A stretch of 64,000 nucleotides of DNA from an uncultured Phycisphaerales bacterium (GCA_963772725.1 CAVYYI010000001.1:320001-384000), one strand, 5' to 3'; counted from the stretch's first letter, positions 20,086-31,050 are shown. The notes: generated by a model not told the origin, from the sequence alone. A program made the numbers and translations.

Positions 20086-21837
20086 ATGCCAGAAATTCAT
20101 TTGGGTTCCATCGACTATGCCCTGCTTGGTGTCTATTTTGTTTTTATTCTCGGTATCGGTTTTTTGTTAAGGCGTTTCACAAAAACCAGTTCTGATTTTT
20201 TTCTTTCAGGCCGTTCAATACCGGCGTGGATAACCGGCCTTGCGTTTATTTCCGCCAATCTTGGCGCTCAGGAAGTGATAGGAATGGGAGCATCCGGCGC
20301 CAAATACGGTATAATGACAAGTCACTTCTACTGGGTCGGCGCTATTCCGGCGATGGTTTTCGTAGGTATCTTTATGATGCCGTTTTATTACGGCTCGAAG
20401 GCACGTTCCGTTCCTGAATATCTGAAACTGAGATTTGACGAAAAGACAAGGGGTTTTAACGCTTTCTCGTTTGCTATTATGACAATTTTCTCATCTGGAA
20501 TATCGATGTACGCACTGGCAAAGCTTTTCGGATTGCTGCTCGGATGGAATTTCAATTTCAGCATTATAATTTCCGCGGTGATTGTTTTGATTTATATTTT
20601 CCTCGGAGGCCTAACGTCGGCTATTTATAATGAGGTTTTGCAGTTTTTTCTCATAGTGTTCGGTTTTCTGCCGCTGGTGCTTCTCGGTCTTAAGGATGTC
20701 GGGGGTTGGGCGGGCTTAAAATCGAGGCTTGACGTTGTGGCCACAAGCCAGAATTTCGCACCCGGCACATGGGACAATGCATGGAGGCACATGGGTACCG
20801 CTTCACAAAATCCAATGAACGTCGAGTGGTTCGGAATGGTTATGGGGCTTGGTTTTGTGCTTTCCTTTGGATACTGGTGTACGGACTTTCTGGTGGTTCA
20901 GCGAGCGATGGCGGCAAATTCAATGTCGGCGGCAAGGAGAACGCCTTTAATTGCTGCGGTGCCGAAAATGTTTTTCCCGTTTCTTGTGATTCTTCCCGGG
21001 ATGATAGCCATTGCGTTAACCTATCAGGCCGGTAAAAGCGGTTTTTCTCTTCCACTTAAACCGGACGGGACATACGATTATGATATGTCGATTCCTATGA
21101 TGCTGGCACATTACTTCCCGCCTGGAATGCTTGGTCTTGGTCTTACGGCATTGATGGCCTCATTTATGTCTGGTATGGCGGGCAATGTTACGGCGTTCAA
21201 CACGGTCTTTACTTACGACATATATCAGAGCTACCTGGTTAAGAATCGTTCGGACAGTCACTATCTGTGGGTGGGCAGAATGGCGACAATTTTCGGAATA
21301 GCGTTGAGTATCGCTACCGCTTACCTGACGACCCATTTCAATAACATTATGGATATGCTTCAACTTGTTTTTGGCTTTGTTAACGCGCCCCTGTTCGCGA
21401 CATTTCTTCTTGGTATGTTTTGGAAGCGGACGACCGGTCATGGCGCATTTTTCGGTTTGCTTTCAGGAACTGTTGCCGCTGTTATACATCATGGTCTGAC
21501 CCTTCCGTCAGTCGCCAGCACGGCGTGGATAAAGGGCGGGTGGATTCCGGGGCTTCTCGATTCCATCGGTATCAAGATTAATGTAGCGCATATATATCAG
21601 GCGGATATGGCACAGAACTTCTGGATGGCGATTTTCGCGTGGACGACCTGCTTTGTGATGACGATTTTGATTTCACTATTGACTCGTCAGCAGAAAAGTG
21701 ACGAGGAGTTAACGGGTCTGGTGTATTCGCTTACGCCGCGAATTAAGGAACATGGTCTGCGATGGTATAAGCAGCCCGCGACGCTGGGAATAATAATCCT
21801 GATAGCAGCGTTAATTCTCAATATCATCTTTTGGTAA
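20086..21837 (+). CDS. Sodium:solute symporter (probable sugar/polyol)
   Basis: FFLSGRSIPAWITGLAFISANLGA, VPEYLKLRFD, GGLTSAIYNEVLQF, YWCTDFLVVQRAM. Confidence 0.95.
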   Translation: MPEIHLGSIDYALLGVYFVFILGIGFLLRRFTKTSSDFFLSGRSIPAWITGLAFISANLGAQEVIGMGASGAKYGIMTSHFYWVGAIPAMVFVGIFMMPFYYGSKARSVPEYLKLRFDEKTRGFNAFSFAIMTIFSSGISMYALAKLFGLLLGWNFNFSIIISAVIVLIYIFLGGLTSAIYNEVLQFFLIVFGFLPLVLLGLKDVGGWAGLKSRLDVVATSQNFAPGTWDNAWRHMGTASQNPMNVEWFGMVMGLGFVLSFGYWCTDFLVVQRAMAANSMSAARRTPLIAAVPKMFFPFLVILPGMIAIALTYQAGKSGFSLPLKPDGTYDYDMSIPMMLAHYFPPGMLGLGLTALMASFMSGMAGNVTAFNTVFTYDIYQSYLVKNRSDSHYLWVGRMATIFGIALSIATAYLTTHFNNIMDMLQLVFGFVNAPLFATFLLGMFWKRTTGHGAFFGLLSGTVAAVIHHGLTLPSVASTAWIKGGWIPGLLDSIGIKINVAHIYQADMAQNFWMAIFAWTTCFVMTILISLLTRQQKSDEELTGLVYSLTPRIKEHGLRWYKQPATLGIIILIAALILNIIFW

Positions 21838-21849
21838 CAGGAGCTTATA

Positions 21850-22056
21850 ATGAAAATAGATATAAGATATGTAATCGGTTCGATGTTTGTTGTTTTCGGC
21901 GTTCTGCTTGCTGTCTTTGGTCTTGTGTCGGACTCGGAAATATATAAACGTTCGCTGAACATAAATATAAACATTATATGGGGTGTTGTACTGCTGATTT
22001 TTGGTTCTTTCATGCTATTTCTTGCTATTCGTGCGCATCGTCCGGCCGGCAAATAA
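21850..22056 (+). CDS. Small two-TM protein accompanying the SSS transporter
   Basis: DIR..IG.MF...G.LL, NININ..WG; GGAG RBS; 12 nt after SSS stop. Confidence 0.75.
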   Translation: MKIDIRYVIGSMFVVFGVLLAVFGLVSDSEIYKRSLNININIIWGVVLLIFGSFMLFLAIRAHRPAGK

Positions 22057-22077
22057 AACAGACAGTGATAAAAGCGA

Positions 22078-23205
22078 TTAACCGAGCCTTTTGTGGAAGC
22101 GCAATGAACTGAAGGTGAGTATGGCGATTCCCATAATCAGGAGGGCGAGAATCTGCGGCCAGAGGATGTTTATGCCGACACCTTTTAAGAAGATGCCTCG
22201 CAGGATAATCATGTAATACCTCAGTGGATTCAAGTAAGTAATGTATTGAATGATTTTGGGCATGTTGGCGATGGGGAAGATGAAGCCTGAAAGAAGTGTG
22301 GCGGGGAAATAGAACAGGAATGTGGACATCATCGCTTCCTGCTGTGTTGAGGAGAGGGTTGAAATAAACAGTCCTACGCCGAGACTTGCTAAAAGGTAAA
22401 TGATGGTTGAGGCGAGCAGGAGGGGGATGTCACCCCTGATTGGGACTTTGAACCAGAGGACGCCGACGAGTGTTATGAAGGCGGCATCGACAAGCGAGAT
22501 AATCGCGAAGGGCAGGAGTTTGCCGAGAATCAGTTCGAAGGGTCTAAGCGGGCTTACAATGAGTTGTTCGATTGTGCCGATTTCCTTTTCTCTTACAATG
22601 GCCATCGCAGTTAAAAGAAGAGTCATTAAGGTTACAATCATTGCGACGACCCCGGGGATGTAGAAATTTCTGGATTCGAGATTTTCATTAAACCATGCCC
22701 GTGAATGAAGGTCAATATAGGGAAAGGGGGCTGTTTTTTTCAGGGAGACGCTGACGCGGTTTTCGAAGCGGGTGATTATTCCGTTGATATAGCTTAAGAT
22801 GACGGAGGCGGTGCTTGAGTCGGTGCCGTCGATTACAAGCTGTAATTGGGCGGGTCTGCCGGCCATAAAATCTTCGGCGAAACCGCGGTTCATACGAAGT
22901 ACGACTTTAACCGCTGATTTATCGAGTAGGAGGTTTTGCTGTTCGTCGTCTGATATATAGTATTTCGCGTCAAAATACTTTGACCAGAGAAAGGTTCTTA
23001 TGACTTCGCGGCTTTGCTCGGTATTGTCCAAATCGTAAATGGCTGTGGGGATATTTTTGACGTCAGTTGAGGCGGCGTAACCGAAGATGAGTATTTGTAT
23101 AATGGGAGCGACGAAGAGTACCATCCTCATTCGCGGGTCGCGAAGAGTTTGTTTAAATTCTTTTGTCAGCATTGAGCGGAGTCGTTCTAACATAAGGTTA
23201 TGCAA
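22078..23205 (-). CDS. ABC-2 exporter permease (YbhR-like)
   Basis: KEFKQTLRD, REKEIGTIEQL..SP, LLSGFIFPI.NMP. Confidence 0.92.
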   Translation of the reverse strand: MHNLMLERLRSMLTKEFKQTLRDPRMRMVLFVAPIIQILIFGYAASTDVKNIPTAIYDLDNTEQSREVIRTFLWSKYFDAKYYISDDEQQNLLLDKSAVKVVLRMNRGFAEDFMAGRPAQLQLVIDGTDSSTASVILSYINGIITRFENRVSVSLKKTAPFPYIDLHSRAWFNENLESRNFYIPGVVAMIVTLMTLLLTAMAIVREKEIGTIEQLIVSPLRPFELILGKLLPFAIISLVDAAFITLVGVLWFKVPIRGDIPLLLASTIIYLLASLGVGLFISTLSSTQQEAMMSTFLFYFPATLLSGFIFPIANMPKIIQYITYLNPLRYYMIILRGIFLKGVGINILWPQILALLIMGIAILTFSSLRFHKRLG

Positions 23206-24328
23206 CCCTCTTTTTAAATTTTAAAATAGCCAGTGTTACCATAATGAAGGCGAAGAGTAAGAGAAAAAGAATGTCTGCCCAGAGGATTTTGATGCCGACA
23301 CCTTTCATATAAATTCCCCTGAGTATGACAATGAAATACCTGGCTGGGATGAGACGTGTGATTGCCTGTATTACAGGGGGCATATTATAAATGGCGTAAA
23401 CAAAGCCAGAGAGAAGAAATGCGGGCAGAAATGTTGTGATAATCGCGAGCTGGCTTGCCATAAGCTGGTTTTTAGCTACGATGGAGATTAGCATTCCCAT
23501 TGTTAAGGCGCCTGTTAGGAAAAGGGCGCTTAAAACGAAGAGAAGCATAAGGGAACCGTTCAGGGGGATGTGATATACGAACTGTGCCATGGCGACAGCG
23601 ATTAAAAGGTCGATAAAACCAATAATAAAATATGGTATGAATTTGCCGAGGATTAGTTCGCCTGATTTTACGGGGGTAGAAATAAGCTGTTCCATGGTGC
23701 CTCTTTCCCATTCTCGGGCGACGGTCAGGGAAGTTAGCAGGGCGGAGATAATCATCATTATCACGACGATAAGGCCCGGGATGATGAAGTTTCTGCTTTG
23801 CAAAGAGGGATTGAACCAGACGCGGGGCCGGACGTCTATCGAGGCTGTTTTTTTGAGTCCTGCTTCAGAGAAGGCTTTTGCGGCGAAAGTAATATTGTAC
23901 TGGGATACAATAGCCTGGGCATAACCCATGGCGATGGTGGCGGTGCTTGAGTCGCTGCCGTCGACGAGCAATTGTACGGGGGCGGTGCGGTTTGCGCGTA
24001 TGTGTTTTGAGAAATCGACTGGGATAACCATAACCATCAGGGCTTCATTTTTGTCGATTAATTTTTCGAGGTCAGGATAATTGTCGTAATAGCCGATAAT
24101 TTTGAAGTATCTCGAATTTTTGAAGTTGAGGATAAAATCAGTTGAAACCTGGGATTTGTCCTGGTTCCATATCGCCAGGCGCACGTTGTCAACGTCGAGG
24201 GTCAGAGCGAAACCGAAAAGAATGAGCAGGAGTACCGGAATGGCCAAGGCCATAGCGAGGCTTCGCGGGTCGCGCAGGACCTGTATGAACTCTTTTTTAG
24301 CTAAAGCATTAACTCTTCTTATATTCAT
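23198..24328 (-). CDS. ABC-2 exporter permease (YbhS-like)
   Basis: KEFIQVLRDPRSL, AREWERGTMEQLISTPV. Confidence 0.92.
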   Translation of the reverse strand: MNIRRVNALAKKEFIQVLRDPRSLAMALAIPVLLLILFGFALTLDVDNVRLAIWNQDKSQVSTDFILNFKNSRYFKIIGYYDNYPDLEKLIDKNEALMVMVIPVDFSKHIRANRTAPVQLLVDGSDSSTATIAMGYAQAIVSQYNITFAAKAFSEAGLKKTASIDVRPRVWFNPSLQSRNFIIPGLIVVIMMIISALLTSLTVAREWERGTMEQLISTPVKSGELILGKFIPYFIIGFIDLLIAVAMAQFVYHIPLNGSLMLLFVLSALFLTGALTMGMLISIVAKNQLMASQLAIITTFLPAFLLSGFVYAIYNMPPVIQAITRLIPARYFIVILRGIYMKGVGIKILWADILFLLLFAFIMVTLAILKFKKRVA

Positions 24329-25280
24329 TGTTAGTGACCATTCTATCGTGCGTTTCTATTAATGAGACGAAAACGTCCTCAAGCGAAGGGGGGATTTTGC
24401 TGACGCGAAAGTCGGCATCTGTTTCCTGGCGGAGCATTTCTTCTATGACAGGAATCGCGGACACGGCGTTTTCGACGACGGCGTGAATGTCGGCGCCGAA
24501 AAGGGCGGCTTCTTTAACGACGCTTAAATCGTTTAATTCATCAATCCACTCTTCGGAATTTGCGATGGAGATTTCGAGGCAATCGTTTTTCATAAAATCG
24601 GTTTTAAGCTGAGCGGGGGAGCCCATGGCGATGATATCGCCTCTATAAATGAGGGCCATTCGGTCACAGTTTTCGGCTTCGCCCATATAATGAGTTGTGA
24701 CAAAAACGGTAACGCCGCCAGCGGCCATATTTTTGATTAGGGACCAGAAGTTTTTTCTGGAGATGGGGTCAACGCCTGAGGTGGGTTCGTCGAGGAAGAT
24801 TATTTGCGGCTCGTGGATTATGGCGCATCCGAGAGCGAGTCGTTGTTTCCAGCCGACTGAAAGACTTTTGGTCATATTTTTGCAAAGGTCTTTGAGGCCT
24901 GCCATTTCGAGGACCCAGTCCTTGCGAGGGGTTTTCTTTGCGGCGGGGATTCTGTAGATGCCGCTGTAGAAGTCGATGTTTTCTTCCACGGTTAAATCTT
25001 CGTAGAGGGAAAACCTTTGGGACATATAGCCGATGTTCTGCCTGATATGCTCCTGCTGGCGGATGATGTCGAAACCACTGACACGACCTTTGCCTGAGGT
25101 GGGGGTGAGGATTCCGCAGAGCATTTTTATGGTGGTGGATTTTCCTGCGCCGTTGGGGCCGAGGAAGCCGAAAATTTCACCGGCGGCGACATTAAAAGTG
25201 ATTTTGTCAACGGCGGTGAAATTGCCGAATTTTTTTTCCAGTTCTGTAACTTCGACAGCATTAGTATTATTTGTATTCAT
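24309..25280 (-). CDS. ABC exporter ATP-binding protein (YbhF C-half-like)
   Basis: GPNGAGKST, LSVGWKQRL, FLDEPTSGVDP, VTTHYM. Confidence 0.93.
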   Translation of the reverse strand: MNTNNTNAVEVTELEKKFGNFTAVDKITFNVAAGEIFGFLGPNGAGKSTTIKMLCGILTPTSGKGRVSGFDIIRQQEHIRQNIGYMSQRFSLYEDLTVEENIDFYSGIYRIPAAKKTPRKDWVLEMAGLKDLCKNMTKSLSVGWKQRLALGCAIIHEPQIIFLDEPTSGVDPISRKNFWSLIKNMAAGGVTVFVTTHYMGEAENCDRMALIYRGDIIAMGSPAQLKTDFMKNDCLEISIANSEEWIDELNDLSVVKEAALFGADIHAVVENAVSAIPVIEEMLRQETDADFRVSKIPPSLEDVFVSLIETHDRMVTNNEYKKS

Positions 25281-25998
25281 ATTCGTTTATTATTGAGACG
25301 AAAGCTTCTTCCATTGATTTGGCGGCAGCTTGTTTTTTTATTTTTTCTGGGATGTCGCAACGCAGGAGTTTTCCTTTATGGATGAGACCGACTCTTTTGC
25401 AGCGTTCGGCCTCGTCGAGGTAAGAGGTCGAAAAAAGGATGGTGACATTTTCCTTGAGAAGTTTGTAAAGTATCTGCCAGAAATCTCTTCTTGAGACGGG
25501 GTCGACGCCGTTGGTGGGTTCGTCGAGGAGGAGGACTTTGGGGGTATGAATGAGGGCGCAGGCGAGGCCGAGTTTTTGTTTCATTCCGCCTGAGAGGTTG
25601 CCGGCTAATCTTTTTTTGAAGGGAGTCAGGCCGCTGAAATTTAAGAGGCTTTCGATTTTCACTTGCCTTTGACGATTTGGGACGCAGTAAATATCGGCGT
25701 AAAAATTTAAGTTCTCGATAACAGTGAGGTCGTCGTAAAGGCCGAACCGCTGGGACATGTACGCGATGTTTTCTTTCAGGGCTTCGGATTGCTGAAGGAT
25801 GTGGTAGTTGCAAACCCATGCGTCGCCTGAAGTTGGTTCGAGTATTCCAGCGAGCAGCCTCATAGTGGTAGTTTTGCCTGCACCGTCAGGGCCTACGAGG
25901 CCGAAAATTTCGCCATGTCCGATTTCGAGAGTGAGATTATCAACGGCAGTTACGGCGTCGAATTTTTTGGTCAGATTGGTGGTCTTTATGACTGCCAT
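25267..25998 (-). CDS. ABC exporter ATP-binding protein (YbhF N-half-like)
   Basis: GPDGAGKTT, LSGGMKQKL, LLDEPTNGVDP. Confidence 0.93.
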   Translation of the reverse strand: MAVIKTTNLTKKFDAVTAVDNLTLEIGHGEIFGLVGPDGAGKTTTMRLLAGILEPTSGDAWVCNYHILQQSEALKENIAYMSQRFGLYDDLTVIENLNFYADIYCVPNRQRQVKIESLLNFSGLTPFKKRLAGNLSGGMKQKLGLACALIHTPKVLLLDEPTNGVDPVSRRDFWQILYKLLKENVTILFSTSYLDEAERCKRVGLIHKGKLLRCDIPEKIKKQAAAKSMEEAFVSIINEYEYK

Positions 25999-26000
25999 AA

Positions 26001-26834
26001 TTATTCTTTTATATAAGCGTCGGCGGGCATTCCGGGTTTCAGCTCGAGATTGGGATTTTGCACGGTAATTTTGATTCGGTAAACGAGTTTGACTCTTTCC
26101 TCGGTTGTTTGTATCTGTTTGGGGGTAAACTCGGCCTGCTCGGAAATAAAGGAGATTCTGCCTTTATAGATTTTGTCGGGATAGGTGTCGGTGATGACGT
26201 CGGCGGGCTGGTTTAGTTTAACTTTGCCCAGGTCGGTTTCGTTGATGTATGATGTGAGCCAGATGTCGTTGAGGTCGGCGACAGTAAAGACGACGGAGCC
26301 GGGCTGGAGGATTTCGCCGGGTTCGGCACTTTTTACAAGGACAAAACCGTTGACGGGGGAATTTAAATCGGCGTAGGCGAGTTGAATAGCGGCCAGTTCG
26401 AGAGATGATTTGGCGGCTTTTAGCTGGGCGTAGCTGGCGTCATATTTGGCTTTTGCTGAATCTCTTTGCTGGGAAGAAGTGGCGCCGCCTTTATAGAGGT
26501 TCTCGGCGCGTTCGTATTCCTCTTTGAGCCAGTTGTAGTTGGAGTTGGCATCTTCGAGTATGGCTTGGGCGTGTTCCTTGTTTTTGGTCAGTTCATCTTT
26601 ATCCAGGACGGCGACAAGCTGATTTTTTTTGACGAACATTCCCTCATCGGTGAAAATCTGTTTTAGTTTGCCGAACACCTGGAAAGAGAGGCGGATGTCT
26701 GTGGCTTCGATGTTTCCTGATACTTTTATTAAGCCGGTTGAATGGCTGTGTGCGTAATAAAAATAATAATAAACCCCAAATATGATTAAGAGAAGCAAAA
26801 CAAATACAGGAATCAATATTTTCTTTTTTTTCAT
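26001..26834 (-). CDS. HlyD-family periplasmic adaptor (YbhG-like)
   Basis: N-terminal anchor, SGNIEA, coiled coil, AEFTPKQIQT..ER..LVYRIK, LKPGMPAD. Confidence 0.92.
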   Translation of the reverse strand: MKKKKILIPVFVLLLLIIFGVYYYFYYAHSHSTGLIKVSGNIEATDIRLSFQVFGKLKQIFTDEGMFVKKNQLVAVLDKDELTKNKEHAQAILEDANSNYNWLKEEYERAENLYKGGATSSQQRDSAKAKYDASYAQLKAAKSSLELAAIQLAYADLNSPVNGFVLVKSAEPGEILQPGSVVFTVADLNDIWLTSYINETDLGKVKLNQPADVITDTYPDKIYKGRISFISEQAEFTPKQIQTTEERVKLVYRIKITVQNPNLELKPGMPADAYIKE

Positions 26835-27105
26835 ACAGCCCCTTTCCCGATAAACCTTCCCGATATCCAAACATCAGACAATTGTACAACAGTTATAATA
26901 ACCCGCAAAGTCTTTTTTTACAAGTCTTTTGAGGGACATTTTATTGTTTTCATCCGCCGTCTTATCTCGGCAGTTGAGTTTATCAGATAGTTATAATATA
27001 ATAAGCCCAAATGTTCCGTATGATATACGGCAGCTTATAAGGATTGACTGTAAAAAACTCAGAAAAATCCGGTAAAGATTGGTGTATAAGTTTTAAGGTG
27101 AAGAT

Positions 27106-28028
27106 ATGATGTGGTTTTTATTATGGGCAGGTTTTATTGTTTTTATTCTGGCTATGCTTGCGCTCGACCTGCTGATTTTTAACCGCAGATTGCATGAAAT
27201 AAAGATTAAAGAGGCCTTGGCGTGGACGGCCGTATGGATATGCCTGGCTTTAATTTTTAACGTGGGTGTTTACTTCTGGTACGGTCATCAGAAAGCGTTG
27301 GAGTTTTTCACGGGATACCTCCTTGAAAAATCCTTAAGCGTGGATAACATCTTTGTCTTTCTGATGATTTTTACCTATTTTAAGGTGCCGCAAAAATATC
27401 AGCACGAAGTTTTGTTCTGGGGTATTCTTGGCGCACTTATTATGCGGGCGATTTTTATCGCGGGCGGCATTACCCTAATCAACCAATTTCACTGGATTAT
27501 TTACGTTTTCGGTCTATTCCTGGTTTTTACCGCCATTAAAATGGCTCTTGATAAGGACAAGGAAGTTCATCTTGAAAAAAGCCTTATCCTGCGGTTTTTT
27601 AATCGAATCATACCGGTTACCAAAAATTATGAAGAGGGCAAGTTCTTTATTAAAATGTCAGGACGGCGGCTTGCCACCCCATTATTTGTTGTTCTGCTTG
27701 TTATTGAAACAACGGATGTAATTTTCGCGGTTGATTCTATACCGGCTATTTTAGCCATCACACAGGATTCCTTTGTTGTTTATACTTCCAATGTTTTCGC
27801 GATTCTGGGGTTGCGGCTCTTTACTTTGCCATTGCGGGGATAATGAAGTATTTTCACTATCTCCATTACGGGCTTTCTGTCGTGCTGGCATTTGTAGGCT
27901 GCAAAATGCTCATCGTTGATTTATACAAGATTCCAATAGGCGTTTCTCTTTTAGTGATTGCCTGTGTCCTGGCAATCTCAGTTATCGCCTCAATTATATG
28001 GCCCCAAAAAGAAAATAACCTGAAATAA
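27106..28028 (+). CDS. TerC/Alx family membrane protein, frameshift at ~27818
   Basis: GYLLEKSLSVDNIFVF, IETTDVIFAVDSIPA, SNVFAILGLR then (A)LYF..G.M.YFHYL.YGL. Confidence 0.93.
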
Positions 28029-28048
28029 ATTTTGCGGACAGAAGCATT

Positions 28049-28435
28049 ATGGTAAAATTCCTTCTAATTGCATTGGGTGGTGCGATAGGAACCGTATTAC
28101 GTTATATTGTGTCAGGATTGGATTATAAGCATTCCAGCGAACTATTTCCGCTAAGTACCCTGGTTATTAATCTAACCGGTTCTTTGATTATCGGTTTTTT
28201 GTGGGGTATATTTGAAAAGGCAGTTATTCCGCCGAATATCAGACTGTTTCTTTTTATCGGCATTCTCGGCGGATTTACAACTTTCTCAACATTTTGTCTG
28301 GAAAGTTTCAATTTATTGAGGGATGGTGAAATTAAAGTAGCTTTTTTAAATATAGTATTATCAAACTTTTTTGGTATTGTCTTTGTTTTCGTGGGCTTTT
28401 TCATAGCTAAATTTTTAACCAGTGCCGCTAAATAG
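28049..28435 (+). CDS. crcB: Fluoride channel Fluc/CrcB
   Basis: GGAIGTVLRY, TL.INL.GS, GGFTTFSTF. Confidence 0.95.
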   Translation: MVKFLLIALGGAIGTVLRYIVSGLDYKHSSELFPLSTLVINLTGSLIIGFLWGIFEKAVIPPNIRLFLFIGILGGFTTFSTFCLESFNLLRDGEIKVAFLNIVLSNFFGIVFVFVGFFIAKFLTSAAK

Positions 28436-28441
28436 GGAGAA

Positions 28442-28780
28442 TTGAAAATGAAATTACCGGAAGAAGGAATGCTGCTGAGGATTTTTATAGGCGAAAGCGA
28501 CAAATATCAGCATAAACCTCTTTACGAACAGATTGTTTTAAAGGCAAGGGAGCTAAATCTTGCCGGAGCAACGGTCTTTCGCGGCATAATGGGCTTTGGT
28601 GCAGATAGTCGCATGCACACCGCAAAACTGCTGCGTCTTTCGGAGGATATGCCAGTTTTAATTGAACTTGTTGACACAGAAGAAAAACTGAACCAGCTTT
28701 TGCCTTTTCTTGATGAGGTTGTTCTCGAAGGTTTGATAACACTGGAAAAAGTTAAAATTGTTAAATACCGGCATAGCTGA
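28442..28780 (+). CDS. DUF190 (PII-like) protein
   Basis: LRIFIGESD, LAGATVFRGIMGFG, LSED.P..IE.VD; typical crcB neighbour. Confidence 0.9.
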   Translation: MKMKLPEEGMLLRIFIGESDKYQHKPLYEQIVLKARELNLAGATVFRGIMGFGADSRMHTAKLLRLSEDMPVLIELVDTEEKLNQLLPFLDEVVLEGLITLEKVKIVKYRHS

Positions 28781-28815
28781 AAACCCTGTGTTGGCTTATT
28801 AAGGTTTACATCATT

Positions 28816-29559
28816 ATGAATATTGTCCTTACAGGTACATTAGCGAGTTTGATAGCAGGTTCGGCAACAATACTCGGAGCGGCTCTTGTTTTCCTTGTGA
28901 AAAAAGTGTCGGATAAATTTCTCGATGCGGCTATGGGGTTTGCAGGCGGTGTTATGCTCGCAGCGACGTTTTTCGGCCTTATCTCTCCTGCCATCAAAAT
29001 CGGTGGGGTATGGCGGGCATCTGTAGGAATGATTGTCGGAACAATCTTTCTGATTATTATGGAAAAAACGCTGCCGCATATTCACCGAATGACGGGAATA
29101 AGAGGACCGACGGTGCAGCTTAAAAAAATCTGGCTGCTTATTCTTGCAATAACTATTCACAATTTCCCGGAAGGCCTGGCCGTTGGCGTCGGTTTTTCAC
29201 ACGGCGATACAAGGGCCGGCATAGTCCTGGCAACTGGAATCGGTATTCAGAACATAGTCGAAGGGCTGGTGGTTGCTCTGCCCCTGATTAGATTGGAACA
29301 GAGTATTTTGAGGGCATTTATCGTGGCATCTTTTACTGCTGTTGTCGAACCAATCGGGGGTTTTCTCGGTATATCCATTGTTTCCGCAGCACAGTTTCTT
29401 ACACCTTACGGCCTGGCTTTTGCCGCCGGGGCTATGCTTTTCGTAACAAGCGAGGAAGTTATCCCTGAAAGTCATTCTCGCGGCAATGTACGCATAGCTA
29501 CAATCGGTGTAATTTTCGGCTTTATTGTTATGATGGTTCTCGAAAGCGTGTTTGTCTGA
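28816..29559 (+). CDS. ZIP family (GufA/ZupT-like) metal transporter
   Basis: FAGGVML, AITIHNFPEGLAVG, IQN..EG, FAAGAML.V..EE.IPE. Confidence 0.93.
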   Translation: MNIVLTGTLASLIAGSATILGAALVFLVKKVSDKFLDAAMGFAGGVMLAATFFGLISPAIKIGGVWRASVGMIVGTIFLIIMEKTLPHIHRMTGIRGPTVQLKKIWLLILAITIHNFPEGLAVGVGFSHGDTRAGIVLATGIGIQNIVEGLVVALPLIRLEQSILRAFIVASFTAVVEPIGGFLGISIVSAAQFLTPYGLAFAAGAMLFVTSEEVIPESHSRGNVRIATIGVIFGFIVMMVLESVFV

Positions 29560-29570
29560 TTCATAGAGAA

Positions 29571-31049
29571 ATGACAATTGTAATTGAAAATATTTTATTG
29601 TGGGTTGCAGTTTTGATTCTTGCCAGCGTATTGGCAAGCAAACTTTCCGACAGGTTTTCGGTTCCGGCCTTATTAATTTTTCTAATTATAGGCATGCTGG
29701 CCGGGTCTGAAGGAATCGGCGGAATATATTTCGATAACTACGCTGTCGCAAAATCAATAGGCATTATAACACTTATATTTATTGTTTATTCCGGCGGTTT
29801 GGGTGCTTCGTGGAAAGCGGTAAGGCCGGTGTTGTTTCCTGGGTTGGTTTTATCCACCGCGGGGGTTCTTTTGACAGCCATAGTTGTCGGTCTTTCCGCA
29901 GTACTACTTCTTAAATTTACATTAATTGAGGGCTTGCTGCTTGGCTCTATCGTATCCTCAACCGATGCTGCTGCGGTGTTTAGTATTCTCAGGTCGAAAA
30001 AAATATCTCTCAAGGGAAGTTTGAAGCCGCTGCTGGAACTCGAATCGGGAAGCAATGACCCTATGGCTGTTTTCCTGACAATCGGATTTCTTGGAATTTT
30101 GACCAGGTCTGAGTCTTCTGTTGTACATCTGCTGCCTTTATTCCTTTTAGATATGGGCATGGGTTTACTAATCGGTTATCTGATGGCCAGGGCAAGCATC
30201 GCGATTATTAACAATATCAAGCTTGAATATGAGGGATTATATTCTGTATTAACAATTGCCTTGATATTATTGACTTATGCCATCACCGTATTATTAAAAG
30301 GCAACGGATTTTTAGCGGTCTATCTGCTTGGTTTGATGATGAGCAAGAATGATTTTGTTAACAAGAGAACGCTTATAAGATTCCACGAAGGGGTCGCATG
30401 GTTAATGCAGATAGCGATGTTTTTAACACTCGGATTGCTCGTTTTCCCCTCTCAAATTGTACCGATTATCGGCAGCGGCTTACTCATATCAGCTATACTT
30501 ATTTTGGTTGCGCGCCCTATAAGCATATTTTTATGTTTGATTCCGTTTAAATTTAGATTTGCTGAAAAAATAATGATATCCTGGGTGGGCTTGCGGGGGG
30601 CGGTTCCGATTGTTTTAGCGACATTCCCTCTTCTGGCGGGAATATCGCAGTCGCAGACGATATTTAATGTGGTATTCTTCGTTGTGCTGGCATCTGTTCT
30701 TATTCAGGGGACATCTATTCCGGTTGCATCAAAATTACTTGGACTGTATTCGCCGATGGATACGAGAAAACGATATCCTATTGAACTTGAGCAGTTCGAA
30801 GGTATGGATGTTTCGCTTACTGATGTGCTTGTGCCGTACAATTCAGACGTTGTCGGGAAAACTATTGCCCAAATCAATGTTCCTGTAAATGCTCTGGTTG
30901 TTCTCATTTCGCGCGATGAAAAGTTCATAGTTCCTAACGGTTCAACCGTAATAGAAGAAGGAGATGTCTTACTTGTACTGGCTAATGATGAAGATATTAA
31001 ATCGCTCCAGGATGTATTGGATATGTTAAAAAATTCGGAAAATTCTTAA
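29571..31049 (+). CDS. cvrA: K+/H+ antiporter NhaP2/CvrA with TrkA-C domain
   Basis: SSTDAAAVFS, LELESGSNDPMA, WVGLRGAVPIVLA, C-terminal TrkA-C-like domain. Confidence 0.9.
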   Translation: MTIVIENILLWVAVLILASVLASKLSDRFSVPALLIFLIIGMLAGSEGIGGIYFDNYAVAKSIGIITLIFIVYSGGLGASWKAVRPVLFPGLVLSTAGVLLTAIVVGLSAVLLLKFTLIEGLLLGSIVSSTDAAAVFSILRSKKISLKGSLKPLLELESGSNDPMAVFLTIGFLGILTRSESSVVHLLPLFLLDMGMGLLIGYLMARASIAIINNIKLEYEGLYSVLTIALILLTYAITVLLKGNGFLAVYLLGLMMSKNDFVNKRTLIRFHEGVAWLMQIAMFLTLGLLVFPSQIVPIIGSGLLISAILILVARPISIFLCLIPFKFRFAEKIMISWVGLRGAVPIVLATFPLLAGISQSQTIFNVVFFVVLASVLIQGTSIPVASKLLGLYSPMDTRKRYPIELEQFEGMDVSLTDVLVPYNSDVVGKTIAQINVPVNALVVLISRDEKFIVPNGSTVIEEGDVLLVLANDEDIKSLQDVLDMLKNSENS

Positions 31050-31050
31050 T

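Noticed and set aside
26835..27105. yybP-ykoY or fluoride riboswitch upstream of terC/crcB
   Set aside because: No GGGGAGUA or GAUGGNGUUCNCC-type core visible by eye; an Infernal scan would be decisive
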